Positions 47,187 to 60,126 are shown, numbered from the stretch's first letter. The stretch: DNA of 64,000 nt from Cyanophora paradoxa CCMP329 (GCA_004431415.1 QPMI01000066.1:186001-250000), one strand, 5' to 3'. Numbers and translations are program-made. The notes: generated from the sequence alone by a model not told the origin.

Positions 47187-50100
47187 TCAGCTGAGCTCGA
47201 ATCCGGCATTGGACGAGATCGCGTACGTCAGCTTCTCCCGGAGCGCCTGCACCCGGTGCACGTACCCCCGCGTTGGTGCCCGGTACCCTTCTGGGGGGTA
47301 CGGGGGCGCACCGCGGCGGTGGGGTACGGGGGCAGCTTGAGAAGATTCATGCAGGTGGAGGCGGAGGGGAGGCGCTCGGTGTCGGGGTCTCCCCTGTGGA
47401 TGCAGAAGGAGGGTACCAGGTACCGGAAGCCCAGGAGGGGCCCCCGCGTGGATGACGTCACGAACTTGAGCAGGGCCCGGCGCTGCTCGGGGCCGAACCC
47501 GGCGACCACCTCCCAGAACGCTTGGATGGTGGGGGATTCCTCCGTGTACCCCCCGCTGTAGGCCGTGTGGCGGCGCAGGTCCTCGGTGTCGAACGCCTCC
47601 TGGGATCCCGCGATCACGACCTGCAGCTCCTCCTGCGCGAACGAAGCGGCGCGGATCGGCGGAGGAGGGGGGGGGGCGAGGGTGAAGGGGGGTACGTGCA
47701 CGTGCCTCGGAGAACATGGCAAGCCACTCTGGCCGGATGAGGTCCTGCAGGCCCCGCAGGAAGGCCGCGCACTGCCTCGCGATCTGTGCCGTACCCCCCA
47801 GCATCGAATCCAGAAGCCGGGGGTACAGAAAGGAGGTGAAAGGGGGTACCTGGACGTTGAGGCGGTAGTGGGCGACGAGGTGCACGTAGCGGATGCGGTT
47901 CTCGTCCGTCACGGCCTCCTTCTCCCCCCCCGGGATCAGGGGTACCTCCCTCGCCTCGCCGAACTCTGCAGTCGTACCCCAAGCACCAAGGATTCAGCAA
48001 GGGGGATGGACGCGGGGAGAGGGGTACGGCACCGTTGTCGACGACGGCGAAGTTCAAGCCGAGCTCCTCCACGCCCGACTCGAGGCGCTTCAGGAACTGC
48101 GGGGGTACAGGCTCGCTGGGGCGAGCAGGGCGAGGGCGAGCAGGGGGGGGGTACAGAGGCCCCAGGGGTACGAGGGCGAGGGCGAGCAGGGGGGGGGGGG
48201 CAAAGAGGCCCCCGGGGGTACGGCGCGCCATGAGGTTCTTGTGGAGGTCGGGGTCGAGTGAGGGCAGGTCGTTGACTGTCGGGGGCTTGCGGGTCAGAGG
48301 GGCGGGGGGCGGGGCGGGGGGTACGAGGTAAACAGGGCACCGTAGTTGTGCTTGCCGAGGATCTTCGAGAGGAAGAAGCGGGCTGGACGGCGGAAGGGGA
48401 TACGTGAATAACGAGCGGCAAGCTCTACGGGGAGGGGGGTACTCGAGCGGACCGAAGGGCAGGTCGAGGAGTACCCCCTCGTAGATGGCCTTGCCGAGCA
48501 TGCGCCCGAGGAACTCGAACTGCCGCAGATGCTCCCCTGCGGGAGGGGTATGGGGTGGAAGAGGGGCCGGAGGGGGGACGAAGGGAGGGATACCGGAGAC
48601 GAGGTGGGAGGAGGGGTTGGGGTACAGGAGCCGGTCGGGGGTTGCCTTGAAGAGGGCGTACTGAGGGGGGAACGTCAGGGGGAGCGGGGGGGCGGGGCGA
48701 GGAAGGTACGCGCTTGCGAGTCGAACGCGGTCTTCGCGAGCGATGTCATGAACTCCTGCGGCGAACGGAACGTCGTGCCGTGGGGGGAAGAAGCGTCGGG
48801 GGGTACGGCGGACCTTGAAGAGTCCGCCGCCGTCGACGCCTGCCTCCTCGAGCCTGGCGGGCGGGGGGCGTCAGGCGCCAGGAACCGCGTACCCGGCCCA
48901 ACAAAACGGCAAAAGCGTACCCCAGCTCACTAATGAACTGGACGCGGAGCGCCTGCCGTAGCTCGCCGCCTGCGGAATCGCAGGATGAGCGAGCCGGCTA
49001 GGGGGGGGGGGAAAGCGTGGGGGGTACGGAGATGGTTGAGGCCGGCGAAGGCGTCCTCGAAGAGGAAGTCGCGGCGGATGGGTACGACCGTCCGCGGGCG
49101 CAGGCCCTCCCAGCTCGCCCCCCTGGGGAGGGGGGGAGGATTAGATGGGGAAAGAGCTCTGAGGGGAGGGGGGTACGCTCGCACCGTACGGTATCCTTGT
49201 CCGCGGCGATGAGGGCCTGCAGGATCCGAACGCGGGACTCGAAGGGTACCATGAAAGGCACCTGGCGGGCGCGGGTTCGATTCCGGGCGGGGCGGGAGCG
49301 GGAGAGCAGGGGGGTACGGCGCTTGCCTCGCGGAGGATGCCGCGGGCGCGCCGGCCGCGCTCCTCAGACGCGCCTGAGCCGCCTCCAGGGCCCTCAGGGG
49401 ACTTAGGGGGAGGGGGAATCAAGTCAGGGAAAGAGGGTACAGGGGGTGAGAGGGGGTGCGCACGGCGGCGTCGGCGAGGAACTGCTCAGTCTGGAGCTCG
49501 GGGGCGAGCCAGGCCTCGGGGGGTACGACCCGCGCCTTGGCGATGCGCGCGTGGAGGCGCCGGAGGGCGGCGAGGGCGAGGCGGCGCAGGGCGGGGTCGG
49601 GGCGTTGGGGCCGCCCGGGGCGGCGCCCCCGCCGGCGCCGGCGGGGAGCAGGGCGCGGAGGGCGGCCTGCTTGAGCAGCGGGGCGAGGGCGGCGAGCTCG
49701 GGGGGCGAGAAGGGCTTCCCTGCCTCCAGCAGCTCCGCGTCGTCGCTCCCGTCGAAGGCGTGCACCAGGAGCCGGCAGAGCAGCCCCAGGACCGAGGCGG
49801 CGCCCGCCGCCGCGCCGGGCGGCGCCGAGGGGAGGTAGCAGGTCCCGGTGGCGAGGGCGTGCAGCTGCGGGGCGCCGCCGGCCGGCGAGGCGAGCCAGGC
49901 CCACAGGCCCCGCACCGCCTCCGTCTGGAACTGCGTACCCGGGTCGGGGTGGGGTGGGGGGCGAAGGAGAGCGGGGTACGTGCGCACGGCGACGGCGTTG
50001 AGGGCGGCGGGGGCGAGGGAGGGGCAGCGGCGGAGCAGGGCCGTGACGAAGGCCGCGAGGGCCGGTACCCCGGCGCCCCCGCCGCCGCCGCATCGGGCGC

Positions 50101-51888
50101 GGCCGCAGGCAGCGCCGAGCCGCCGGCCGCGGAGGCGACGGAGGCGAGCGGGGGCGGCAGGCCGATGGGCTTGCCCTGCGGGGCGGCGGGGAGGAGGGGG
50201 GGGGAGAGGAGGGCGCGGAGGTGGCCGGGCGACGCGGCGCGGGCAATGCGGGCGGCGAGGGCGCGGCCCGGCCCCGCCTCCTCCTGCTCGGCGTCTGCAG
50301 GCGCGGCGTGAGGGGCGCGCTCGAGCGCCGAATCCGAACGCCCCCGCCCGGAATCGAACCGGTCATTTCCGAGTCGCTGTCGACGTCGATGACGCCGTCC
50401 CCGTCCTCCTCCCCTGGGGGGGGGAATGAGCCCGGGCCGGAAGCGGACGAGGGGGCGGGCTGGGCGCGGGGCGGAGCACCGGGTGCGGGGCGCGGGGGCG
50501 CGGGGAGGGCGGCGGGGGCGGCCTGCCCGAGGAGCGAGCCCAGTACGGAGACGTACGAGACGAGGCACTCGGCGGGGGCGGACGGCAGCGCCGCCTCGGA
50601 GCCCTCCAGCAGGTTCGCGAGGAGCGCCGCGGCGCCCCAGGGGCCGTCGGGGAGCCACGCGGCGGCGCCGCCGGCCGACGTCGACGCCGCGGTGAGGGCG
50701 GCGGCAAGGGCGGGGACGAGGGCGCGCCAGAGGGCGGGGCGGCGGAACATGGCGGCGGTGACCTCGGGGAGGCGGCCGAAGAGGTCCGGCAGCGTCCACA
50801 GCTCAGCGGCGAGCAGCGCGTGCGCCCGCTCCGCCGCCCGCAGCTCCCGCAGCGGCCCCGCCCGCTTCGGCCCGGAGGGCGCGCCGCTCCCGTCCGAGGG
50901 CAGGGCGCGGAGCGGGAGGAGCGCGAGGGTGGCCGCCTGCAGCGCCGACGAGGCCGCCCCGGGGCCCGTGAGGACGCGCCGGAGGGTACCGTAGAGCCCC
51001 TCGTCCACCAGGCGCGTGAGGGAGGGTACCAGGATGCCCCTGCGTCGCCTCAGCGGGATATTCGCAAGTTGCGAAGGGCGAGGGGGGCAGCGCACGACAG
51101 CTGCTCGGGCTTCAGGGGCCAGCCGGCGGTTTGTGAGTAGCTGAGCAGGAACTGGAGCGGCAGCGCCGGCGGCGCGGCCCCCGACGCAACTCTGCGCGTG
51201 GGGCGCGGCGTGAGGCGGCGGCGTCCGTCGTCCGAGGCGGGGCGCGGCGGGCGCACGCGCGGCGGAGGGAGGCGAGTGCAAGGGAAGAGAGGCCGCGGAG
51301 CTGGTGGACGAGCGTCAGGCGGCCCGCCGGCGCCGCCGCCAGCGAAAGGTACGCGGCACCGACGCCTGACGAGCGGTCAGCGGGCGAACGGCGGCGTTTC
51401 GCAGCGCGGCGCACCGGTGGCGAGGCCCGAGGCGAGGGCCTGCAGGACACGGGCGAGGCGGGCGTCGTCCTCGGCGGCCCGCACGAAGAACAGAAGCCGC
51501 CGCACGAGCAGCGCGAGCCGCTCGCCCGACTCGAGGGCTCCTGCGCCGCCGATGAGCCGACGCGTGCGTACGCGACCCGACGTCATCGGCGCGGACCCGC
51601 GGCGGCCTCCGCGTCGAAGGCACGCCGCTCGGTCGCGCGCTCGCCTGACAGCACGCGCGCCCTCCTCCACGCGACCTGGCGCCGCCAGGAATCCATGTGA
51701 GTTCAGAAGACCAGGCCGGGGAGGATGACAGGGACCTGCAGCAGCGTGGCGGCCCGTTCCTGTGCTCTGCTGGAGCTCCTGGCCTCCCGCTCCTGTCGCG
51801 CCTTTGCCAGAACTTCCTCGCGGGACTGCTTGGCCGACGCGCCCCGCAGGCTGACGTCGCGCCGCCGCTGCGCCCCGCCGTCGAACAT
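47187..51888 (-). CDS. HECT E3 ubiquitin ligase, UBE3B/UBE3C (plant UPL6/UPL7)-type with N-terminal IQ motif
   Basis: MFDGGAQRRRDVSLRGAS..REEVLAKARQER..AATLLQ; PFMVPFESRVRI; EAGVDGGGLFKEF; FLGRMLGKAIYEG; LLKFVTSSTRGPLLGF; RLPSASTCMNLLKLPPY; YAISSNAGFELS*. Confidence 0.95.
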
Positions 51889-52043
51889 GTTGCTGCTGTT
51901 TCTTTGCTCCCGCACGCCGCTATTCGCTTGCTTCTGCACTCGCTACGAGAATCACGTACTCCCCCTCCCTCTTCCCGGCGATTTCCCGCGGGACCGCACC
52001 AGCAGAGCCCGTCCGCCCGGCGCGCTCTCCTTGCGGCGCGCCC
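51889..52043. promoter_or_regulatory. Putative bidirectional promoter (HECT / SWIM-B)
   Basis: 155 bp between divergent ATGs; homologous to ~18540-18680. Confidence 0.65.
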
Positions 52044-55000
52044 ATGAAGAACCGAGGAGGCAAGCGGGCGCTCGACGCGGTGGTCGGGGCGGCGCAGGCG
52101 GGCGCATCGACGTCCGCTCTCCGCGGCCACGCTGACGATGGCGAAGAGAGTCGTGGGGCGAAGCGGGCGAAGCCAGGTGCATGTGTCTGCGCCTCGCACC
52201 GCGGCCGCGGCATGAGCTCGGGCGTTTTGCAGCGGATTGGGAGCTGGAGCGTTGGCGCGGGCGCATCGAGGACGCCATGATTCGCACATACACGACGACA
52301 GAGCAGTTCAGCGAGGCGGAACGCCTGCGCGACGGGCGCTTCATACACGGGAGCTGGCACTTCGAGCAAGACGTGTATGAGCTCGACGGAGTCTTCCTGA
52401 AGTCCCTGGCCGTGATCGCGTCAGTCGACGTGCGCGGGCTTGTCGTTAGCACGCACGTAGACTTGTCTCTTGGGGGGCGAGTCCTCGCCGCCGAGTGCAG
52501 CTGCGAGGAGACTGGCCATGGGTGCGCGGCGGATCCCTAGCTATATAGGCCTGTACATGTGCCTGTATCCGCTGGGCGCCAGTCTCGATCTCCGACCCTT
52601 ATCGCGCAGTTTACTATGCTCGCATGCGACGGCGGTCCTCCTGTGCGTGACGTCCGCGGTGCGAAGCCTTGCATATTGCGCGCCGCGGCCGGCGCCGCGT
52701 CCATGATTTACATCTGATCCCGAGCTGCCGGCAGGACGGGGAGGCCCTGGTCCCGGCCCCGCAGGAGGCGGAAGAAGATGATGATGATGCCCTCTCGAGC
52801 TCCCGGAGAGATTGCCTGCTGATGGACTTGGCGGCGTGCCTGTGGTTGGTGGAGGGGGCTGTGCGCAACTTCCGCCGGCTCGCGGAGTGCGCTCCCAAAC
52901 GGACACGTACGGCCTGCCCTGTGTGCGATGCAAACGCGGTTCCTGAGCCAGGTGTGCAAGAGCGGCGTCAAACGTTGACTCGCGCCCGATCCCGCTCAGC
53001 ATTGCCTTACAAGGGTCGCAGGGTTCTGTACGAGGCTGAAGTGGTGTGCGGCGTGTGGCAGCTCAGGGCGCGAAGTCACGGAGCGCCACGCCGAACCGCC
53101 CCTCTGTCCCCTCCTCGAGTGCGATCCTCGATCCTCGATCCTTGTTCTTTCTTGTCCAACGTTAACGTTATTCGGCCTGCCGCAGCTGCATCAAGAAGCT
53201 ACATGAAAAAGCGGCAAACTTCGCTGCAGAAGGCGAGCTGGAGAAGGCTGCCCGGCTCGTCGAGGTCGCCGCCGCCCGCCTCTCCGCTGTTGTGCCCGCG
53301 GAGCACGGCAGCCTTCCTGCCCTTGCTCGCGCCCTGACCGGCCTTCTCGCGGTCCGACCATGATTTTTGTTGCTTTTCGGGATTCGAGCCTCTCTGATCA
53401 GCGCCCCGCAGGTCCCCGCCTGCCACCCTGAGGCGCCTGATGCGCTCCGGCAGCGCTGCCTCGAGGCGGCAGAGGCGACGGTCAAGCGCCTCGAGGTCGA
53501 CGGGCGCGCGTGCCCGGGCCTCAACCTCTGTCGCAGCACAGTCGGCGAATCGTCAGATGTTGTCAACAGCATCCTCGCCGGCTCGTTGACTGGCAGCGAG
53601 GCGGTTGAGAGTTTGAAGCATGCCCTGAAGCTCGACCGCTTCATGTTCGCGCAATCACTCGACAAACAAGTGCATCTGCGTTTCGAGTGTCTTCTATCCA
53701 TCCGTGAGCATGTCTTCTTAATTAAGCTATACATATATATAGTCGTTAATTAAGCTTAAGCTCTTAATGTCCTCTCAATCAATGATTGTGTTCCGGTGGA
53801 CGCGTGCGAACCAAGCTATATATCCATCTTCTTCTCATTTCATCATGGCAGGGCGCTATGTGGAGGCAGAACGCCTGGCGCGGGCTGCAGAGAACGGCGC
53901 ATGGCTGACGCGTGTCGCGCGGGCGAGGGGGGACGGCCGCCGTTCCGCCCTGCACGCCCTCTCTCCAGACCTGTACTCCTCGGCCCACGACCTGCGGGCG
54001 CTCGCGGCAGAGTACCGCAAGGAGGACCCGGTGCGCTTCAGACTTAAATTTGGCCCCCGCGCCTTTGCTCGAAAAGCCCCAACTGACCCGTGCCTCAGCT
54101 CGCCGCATTCCTGCTGCTCGCCCGCGCAGCACGGGAACTGCACAGGGTATTCTTCGCGTACGACTTGCAAGAGACGTGCGAGAAAGACAAAGGGCTCAGT
54201 CGCCTCTTTGACAAGCTGGTGCCCGCGACGCATTTCACTCCATTTGGGGCATCCACAAAAGAAGCGTTCGCATTCCGTCACGGCCTCGGGCAAGAGCTTT
54301 GATTGCAATATTAATTATATAATCTTGACGCTGCTGATACTATAGCTAGTACTTGCACTCGCGCTACCTGCTTCTTCTTTTTTGACCTGCGAATGCACTC
54401 AGGGATCCCTGGGCGTCTCATTCGCTCACCTGGTTCACGGCCTGTCACAATGGAGCCGACGGCCTGACGCGGATTTCCTTCAGGGCCATGGCCCTCCTCA
54501 ACGTCCTCGCCTGCGCTGTGGACGTCACCCTGAATTTTGTGAAGGTTCGACAGTACTAGTCCGAAGTCTCGTCTCATATGCAGTATATTCTTGGCCTGGC
54601 CTTGACGTGAAATTGCGCTCAGTCTTGGTTGGCCCCTGGCACTGCCCCCGAAGGCTTTCTCGGCCTTTTCCAAGCCGCTGGCCGCTCTGCTGGCAAACTT
54701 GCGGCGGAAGGGGGCGAGGCGGCCGTCTTTGAGCGCCTCACTCGGACCGAGGGCTCGCCCTATCAAGTCGCTACCAACGAGGCACGCGCGCTGGTGCGTT
54801 ATTCATAATATTGCTGCGCATTATTTCGAGTTTTCGCTGCACGCCCTGCACCGCCCTGCATGGAGCGCTCACCTACACGTTCACGCTCGCAGGTGATGCT
54901 CGAGGCGTGCGCCGCTGTCGTGACCGAGTTCGGCCGCAACGTGCCCGGCGCCTGGCGGGCCGCCGAGGCCTTCGTGCAAGTCGGCCAGCCCGCCCTCGCG

Positions 55001-58000
55001 CTCTCGGTCGCCTCTGGAACCCTCCGCCGCCACAGCAGATGCGCCAGCTACGAAACGTGCGCTTGCATTTCATTAAGGGATAGGCTCCCGTTTCTCTAAC
55101 GGGTGTCTCTGGGCAGCTTTCCTGTTGGCGAGGACGAGTCTAACGGATTTTCTTACCGTGCGCGTTGCAGCATCGAGCTCTTCTTTGTGTTTTATATATT
55201 CGCTTCTCAAAGGCTGACTTCTTATTTGCTTGCAATTGCAATTGCAGTCTTCGATCTCCTGAAGCGTTGGGCGACGAAGGTGGGCCTGGCTCTTTTTCAA
55301 TCTTCGGTTTGCTGCAACCCCTCCTTAAACGACCCTCAGCCACCTGGAAGTCTGGAAGCACAGGCACGGGCGGCCTATCTGGCGGGGGGGCTCGGCGCCA
55401 CATCGCAGGGGCTCTTCGCCCACGCCGACAAGCTCTACGTATACGACGACGCAGACCAAGTCCGTCCAAAATCTGTCTCTGCGGCTCGCTCCTTTGCCTC
55501 GCTCACGCATGTCTCGCGCGCGAAGGCGGCGGCAGAAGCGGGGCTCCGGGCGTGCCGCGCCGCACTGGACTTCGCCGTCTCGCACCGCGACGCAGACGGG
55601 CGAGACGCTGTCTCCATCTCTAACTTTGCTTGCTTCTAACAATATTAATGGTGCAGGAACCACTCCGATGTGGCCGCCGTGTTGTCCGAACATGGGCACT
55701 GGTGCGAATCGCGATCGCTCGACATGCGCTCCTGGGCTTTGGGGGCGGTGCGTCTGCTCCCTCCTCATTTCAGCCAGCGCCATGGATTTCGGCTGAGTCC
55801 CACCGTGCAGTTCAAACATGCCAGCGACGCTGCGGTCATTGCAACGCTCACGGACCCCCTCTTTGCGCCAGAGCACTTCGCTGGTGATGCCGGGTTCCAG
55901 GTCAAGGCCGACCAACACTACAAAGAGGTCCCCGGCTATCGGGATCAGGGCCGGACAGTCCTCGCGGCGGAGCTCGCCGCGTACTGTGCCCGCGTCGAGT
56001 CGTGCAGCGGCATGTCGACACTCGAGAAGTCTGACTGCACGGAGCTCCTCCGGCATCTCGCAGAGGCGGCGACCGATCCCGCGCTCCCCGCTGCGACGCG
56101 CGAGCGCGCGATGGCATCCCTTCCCGCCGCCGTCCGCTTGTCCCTCGCGAGCCGCCGCCCCTCTGCCGCAGACGAGTACCTCCAGGCACGCCCGCGCATT
56201 AATATATTCGAACTCGACCCTCCGTTCGATCTGACGGTCGCGTCGCTGCAGCGCGCAGTCTCCGGCGTGCCAGAGGACGTGAGGGAGGAGCGCCTGAAGC
56301 GGGCTTGGGACGAAGCGTATCCAATGTTTTGGGGCCCTGAGACTTTTCGACGCGGCAAGATCCCCACGGCCGTCGCCCTATCTGCGTGCTTCTCTACAGA
56401 TGACGATTGGTGGCTCACGTACCCCTCGAGCTCGGCGGACCTCGCATCGTACTACGCCCGCCTTGAGAAGGTCGGTAGTTTGCGTCTGATTTCCAAGCGT
56501 GATTGCATACATTGACCGCGGTTTAATTTGCTCCTCCGCAGTCTTCGGAAAATGTGCTGGTGCGACGCTGGACCATCCTCGGACTCCTCATCAAGGCGGG
56601 GGACGACGAGTCGATCCCGTCTGCGGCCCGCGCGGCGGGCGAGGCCGCCCTCCCGCCGGCCGTCCGCGGGGCCATCGCAGCCCGCCGCTCTGTCACCGCG
56701 GCCGACGTCCTTCCGGCGAGCCCGGCCGCTCGAATTCACCGTCCCCGCCCGTCGCGCTGACTGCTCTGCAGGACCTCCTCCAGGGCGCGTCGGTCGAGGC
56801 GCAGGTCGAGCGCGGCATCGGGGCGGCCGCCCGCGGCACCTCCGCCCTCGCCCTCTGCGCCGCCCTCCTCGCCCCTCCGCCGCCGCCCCCGTCCGCCGCC
56901 GCCTCCACCCCGCCGCCACCGCCGCCACCAGCGGGCGGGGATCTGCTGCGCCTGGCGGAGGCCGCGGCGCGCCGGGCGATCGAGCTGGGCGGCGCCGCGG
57001 GCCTGCGGCCCTTCCCGGAGCCCGAGTCGATGCTCGAGTCGGACGTGAAGGCCGTCGCCGCCGCCGCCGACGCCATCGTCCGCCTCGCCTGCGGTCCGCC
57101 CCGCCGTCCCTTCGATTTCCGCTCGATTTCCGCGGCCGATCGCGAGCCCCCGCGCAGTGACGCCGGAGGGCGCGCTGGCGCTCTTCCGCCTGGTGCCCCA
57201 CTGGCGCTTCCTGGAGGCGGCGCGGGCCGGCCGGCCCCCCGCCTCCCCCGCCTTCGTCGCCGAGCGCGACGCGGCGCTGATGGAGCACTGGCCCAGCGCC
57301 GTCGGGAGGGCCCCCCCCGCGCTCCTCGAGCTGCTCTTCGAATCGCTCTTCCGCTTCGGGCGCGCGCCGCTCGAGCTCTGCCCCCCGTCTGTCTCTCCTG
57401 CGGCTGAGCCCCGCCCTTGCCGGCCCGCAGGCTCGGCCTCCACGTCGCGCCCTACGCGAGGGCCGTCGCCCGCGGCCGCCCGACGCTGCAGCTCCTCGCC
57501 CGCCTCCTCCGCGGGCGAGCCGGTTTTGCCAACTCTGCCAACTCTGCCAGCTCTGCTGTCCTCACGCCCCCGCGCAGCTACGCGGCGTCCAAGGACCGGC
57601 CCATCGCGTTCCTCCCGCTCCTCACCGAGCACCCCGTCGCCGACCACGACCTCGCGCCCGGCCCCGCCACGCCTGGAGACTGGCCGCCCCTCCGCGCCTT
57701 CCTGGCCGAGACGTGCGCCAGAAATTCGCTTGAATATACTGTTGTCGCGCCCCAAATCTGAGACGAGCACGCCTTCCATCTCTCGCACTTGTAGGTTCAA
57801 GCGCGGCTTCGAGCGCGGTGCAAAGGGAGACGCCCTCCTGCAGATGCCCACGGCCGCCCCCGAGGCGTCCCTGGGGACCAAGAAGCGCCTCTACACGGTC
57901 CGCGTGTCCTGCCCGTCTGCGGTACCCCAGAGTTGACTCTGACGGGCCCGGCAGGGGTACATGGACCTGCTCTGGATGGTCGCGGCTGTGGACGCGCCCC

Positions 58001-58585
58001 TCGCCTGCGAGCTCTCGCGGCCCGTCCTGCGCGAGGTGGCCCTGTGCTCTGCGCCCGAGCTCCCAAGCTGCCCTCGTGCTCAGCGGCGCTGCTCGCAGGC
58101 CGTCGCGGTGCTCGGGCTCCACATGGAAAAGATCGAAGGACACGACGACAACGACAAGCAGTCAACCGACTTGTGCGGGCTGTTCGCTGCCGTGCGCCTC
58201 CGCCGACGCGCCCCTCGTTGGTCTGCAGTGGCTGATCTGATCCAACAGATGTTTCTGCGGGCGGGCACGTGGCACTGGGCCTGCTGCGGCGGGTGCGGGC
58301 CGGAGTCGGAGTGGCACCGGCTGCTGTGCGAGCTGAAGGGGACGCCCCACTTCGAGGCGCTTAAGGACAAGTGCGGGTGCGCATTCCCGCGCTCCTCCGC
58401 TTTGGGGCGAGCCGCAGGCTCAAGGGGCGCGTAACCGCCGCAGGGAGCTGGATGTGCGGGGGCGATGGGCGCTGCGGACGGCGCAGGAGCGGGAGGAGGA
58501 CGGGGACGACGACGAGGGCGACAACTGGTGCAGGGGGGGCGACGACTGGCCCCGCGAGGAGGAGGAGGAGGAGGAGGACTCGTAG
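52044..58585 (+). CDS. Large multi-exon SWIM zinc-finger protein, copy B
   Basis: MKNRGGKRAL; MIRTYTTTEQFSEAERL..VDLSLGGRVLAAECSCEE..LLCSHATAVLLCV; CPVCD; C-terminal GGCGPESEWHRLLCELKG and acidic tail; paralog of 11887-18537. Confidence 0.78.
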
Positions 58586-58936
58586 CGCATTTTTGGGAGG
58601 AGGTGGAGGATTATTTTATATTCCTCTTAAGCTTCTCTTTATAGATTTCTTTGGAGTCTTATATATATTCTCTCTATAGCTAGCTATATGCTCTTTTATT
58701 TGTATGCTACTTCGTGCACTTCGTATGGAGGACCCTCCCGGTCGCTGCGCCTGCGCACAGCATTTGTTTTTGTTGCTCGTGTTCGATTCGTCCGGCCGTC
58801 TGCATCCCTCTTCAACTTAGCTTCCCTTTGTGACCTTTTTGCGGGTCAGTTCAATTTTATTTTGACTCACGTGCGACACGCGTATATAATCCTTTGGTCC
58901 CTGGTATCCTTTAACTTCCCAATGCCCACGCACCCG

Positions 58937-58975
<39 letters not shown>

Positions 58976-59118
58976 GCCCGCCCGCCCTGCCCCCTCCGAG
59001 GCTCCAACACGGCGCGCGCGCCCTGATGCACGTTCAATTAAAGCCAATTCACTGCTATTAGCTTTAGGCCGGAAGAACAGGGCAGCGAGGCGCATGCATA
59101 TGTATTTAAATCTGCAGC

Positions 59119-59890
59119 CTACGCGGCGAGGTCGAGGGCAGCGAGCTCCGCGTCAGCAACTGCAATAGCCTCGGCGAGGTCGTCCTGCGCCAAGTGGGAA
59201 TCAACTCGCGATTTGTTTGAGAGACGTCGACGTGGCGGCTAAACTTGCAAAATTTCAAGTTTTGCGCACGTCAAAGTCGTGGTCCTCCTCGGCCGGCGTC
59301 ACTTCGAATTCCTGGTTCACGCCGTCGAGATGGAATGCGCTTCCTCGGTCGTGACTGTTGGCTTCCTGGAGCTTGGCTTCGACCGTCTTCCGGAGGCCCT
59401 CCTCGATGGCATACTCGCAGGCGTATTTGGCGTGGAGGTACCGCTCTTTGTCCGCGTCCGTTCCAAACATGATGGCCGTCTGGACGGCTTCGAAGTCGCC
59501 GTCGCAGATGCAGATCTGGCCGACGGAATTCCAGGTCAAGTCTGTCCAGCTTAAGTCTGGCAGTGAAGCTGGATCGGAATTCGAAAGCACTTCGGACTCC
59601 GAGTTCGAAAGCTCCTCCTGTGGTGCCACGGTGTCCTCGCGTCAGCCGATCAATGTTTCGCGATCGGGCGACAGTGCACGCGGCGACGGTGCTTAAACAA
59701 TTTGTACCTTGGCGCTTTTGAGCATTTCTTTTGCCAAATCGTCCGTTTTAACAATCCCCCAGTTGATGTCGTGTCGATACGAAGCAGAGAAGAGGTCCGC
59801 TTCGTACGCGGCGACCTTCTCTTCGAGCAGCGCCGTGAAAGCGGGCTTCGCGACGCATGTGGGGTTCGTAGCAAAGGTGTAGCTGGCCAT
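59119..59890 (-). CDS. Small acidic hypothetical protein (3 exons)
   Basis: MASYTFATNPTCVAKPAF..KSAK|intron|EDTVAPQEEL..YLHAKYACEYAIEEGLRKTVEAKLQE..DHDFD|intron|..DDLAEAIAVADAELAALDLAA*; coding-like codon use and GT-AG sites. Confidence 0.6.
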
Positions 59891-60068
59891 AATGCCGGTG
59901 CTGCCAGGCTGGAAGCTGTCCGACGGTCGATGCGGCTATCAGGGAGGCGCTCTGGGACTCCCGGGTCCTAGATCTGATCTCAGGGACTGAGGAACCCCCC
60001 TCAAGAGTCCCCTGGCCTCCTGGGAGTCCTGGCGCTCTCAGTGGCAGTCACTGGCAGACGGAGTCAGC

Positions 60069-60126
60069 TCAGGGATCAGGACTCAGGAGTCAGGACTCAG
60101 GAGTCAGGACTCAGGAGTCAGGACTC
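60069..60126. repeat. 14-bp tandem repeat (TCAGGACTCAGGAG) x~3-4
   Basis: Directly visible. Confidence 0.85.

Noticed and set aside
58926-58973. Long poly-C tracts (also 62363-62395) as telomeric or functional repeats
   Set aside because: Simple homopolymers are common throughout the window and their lengths are unreliable.
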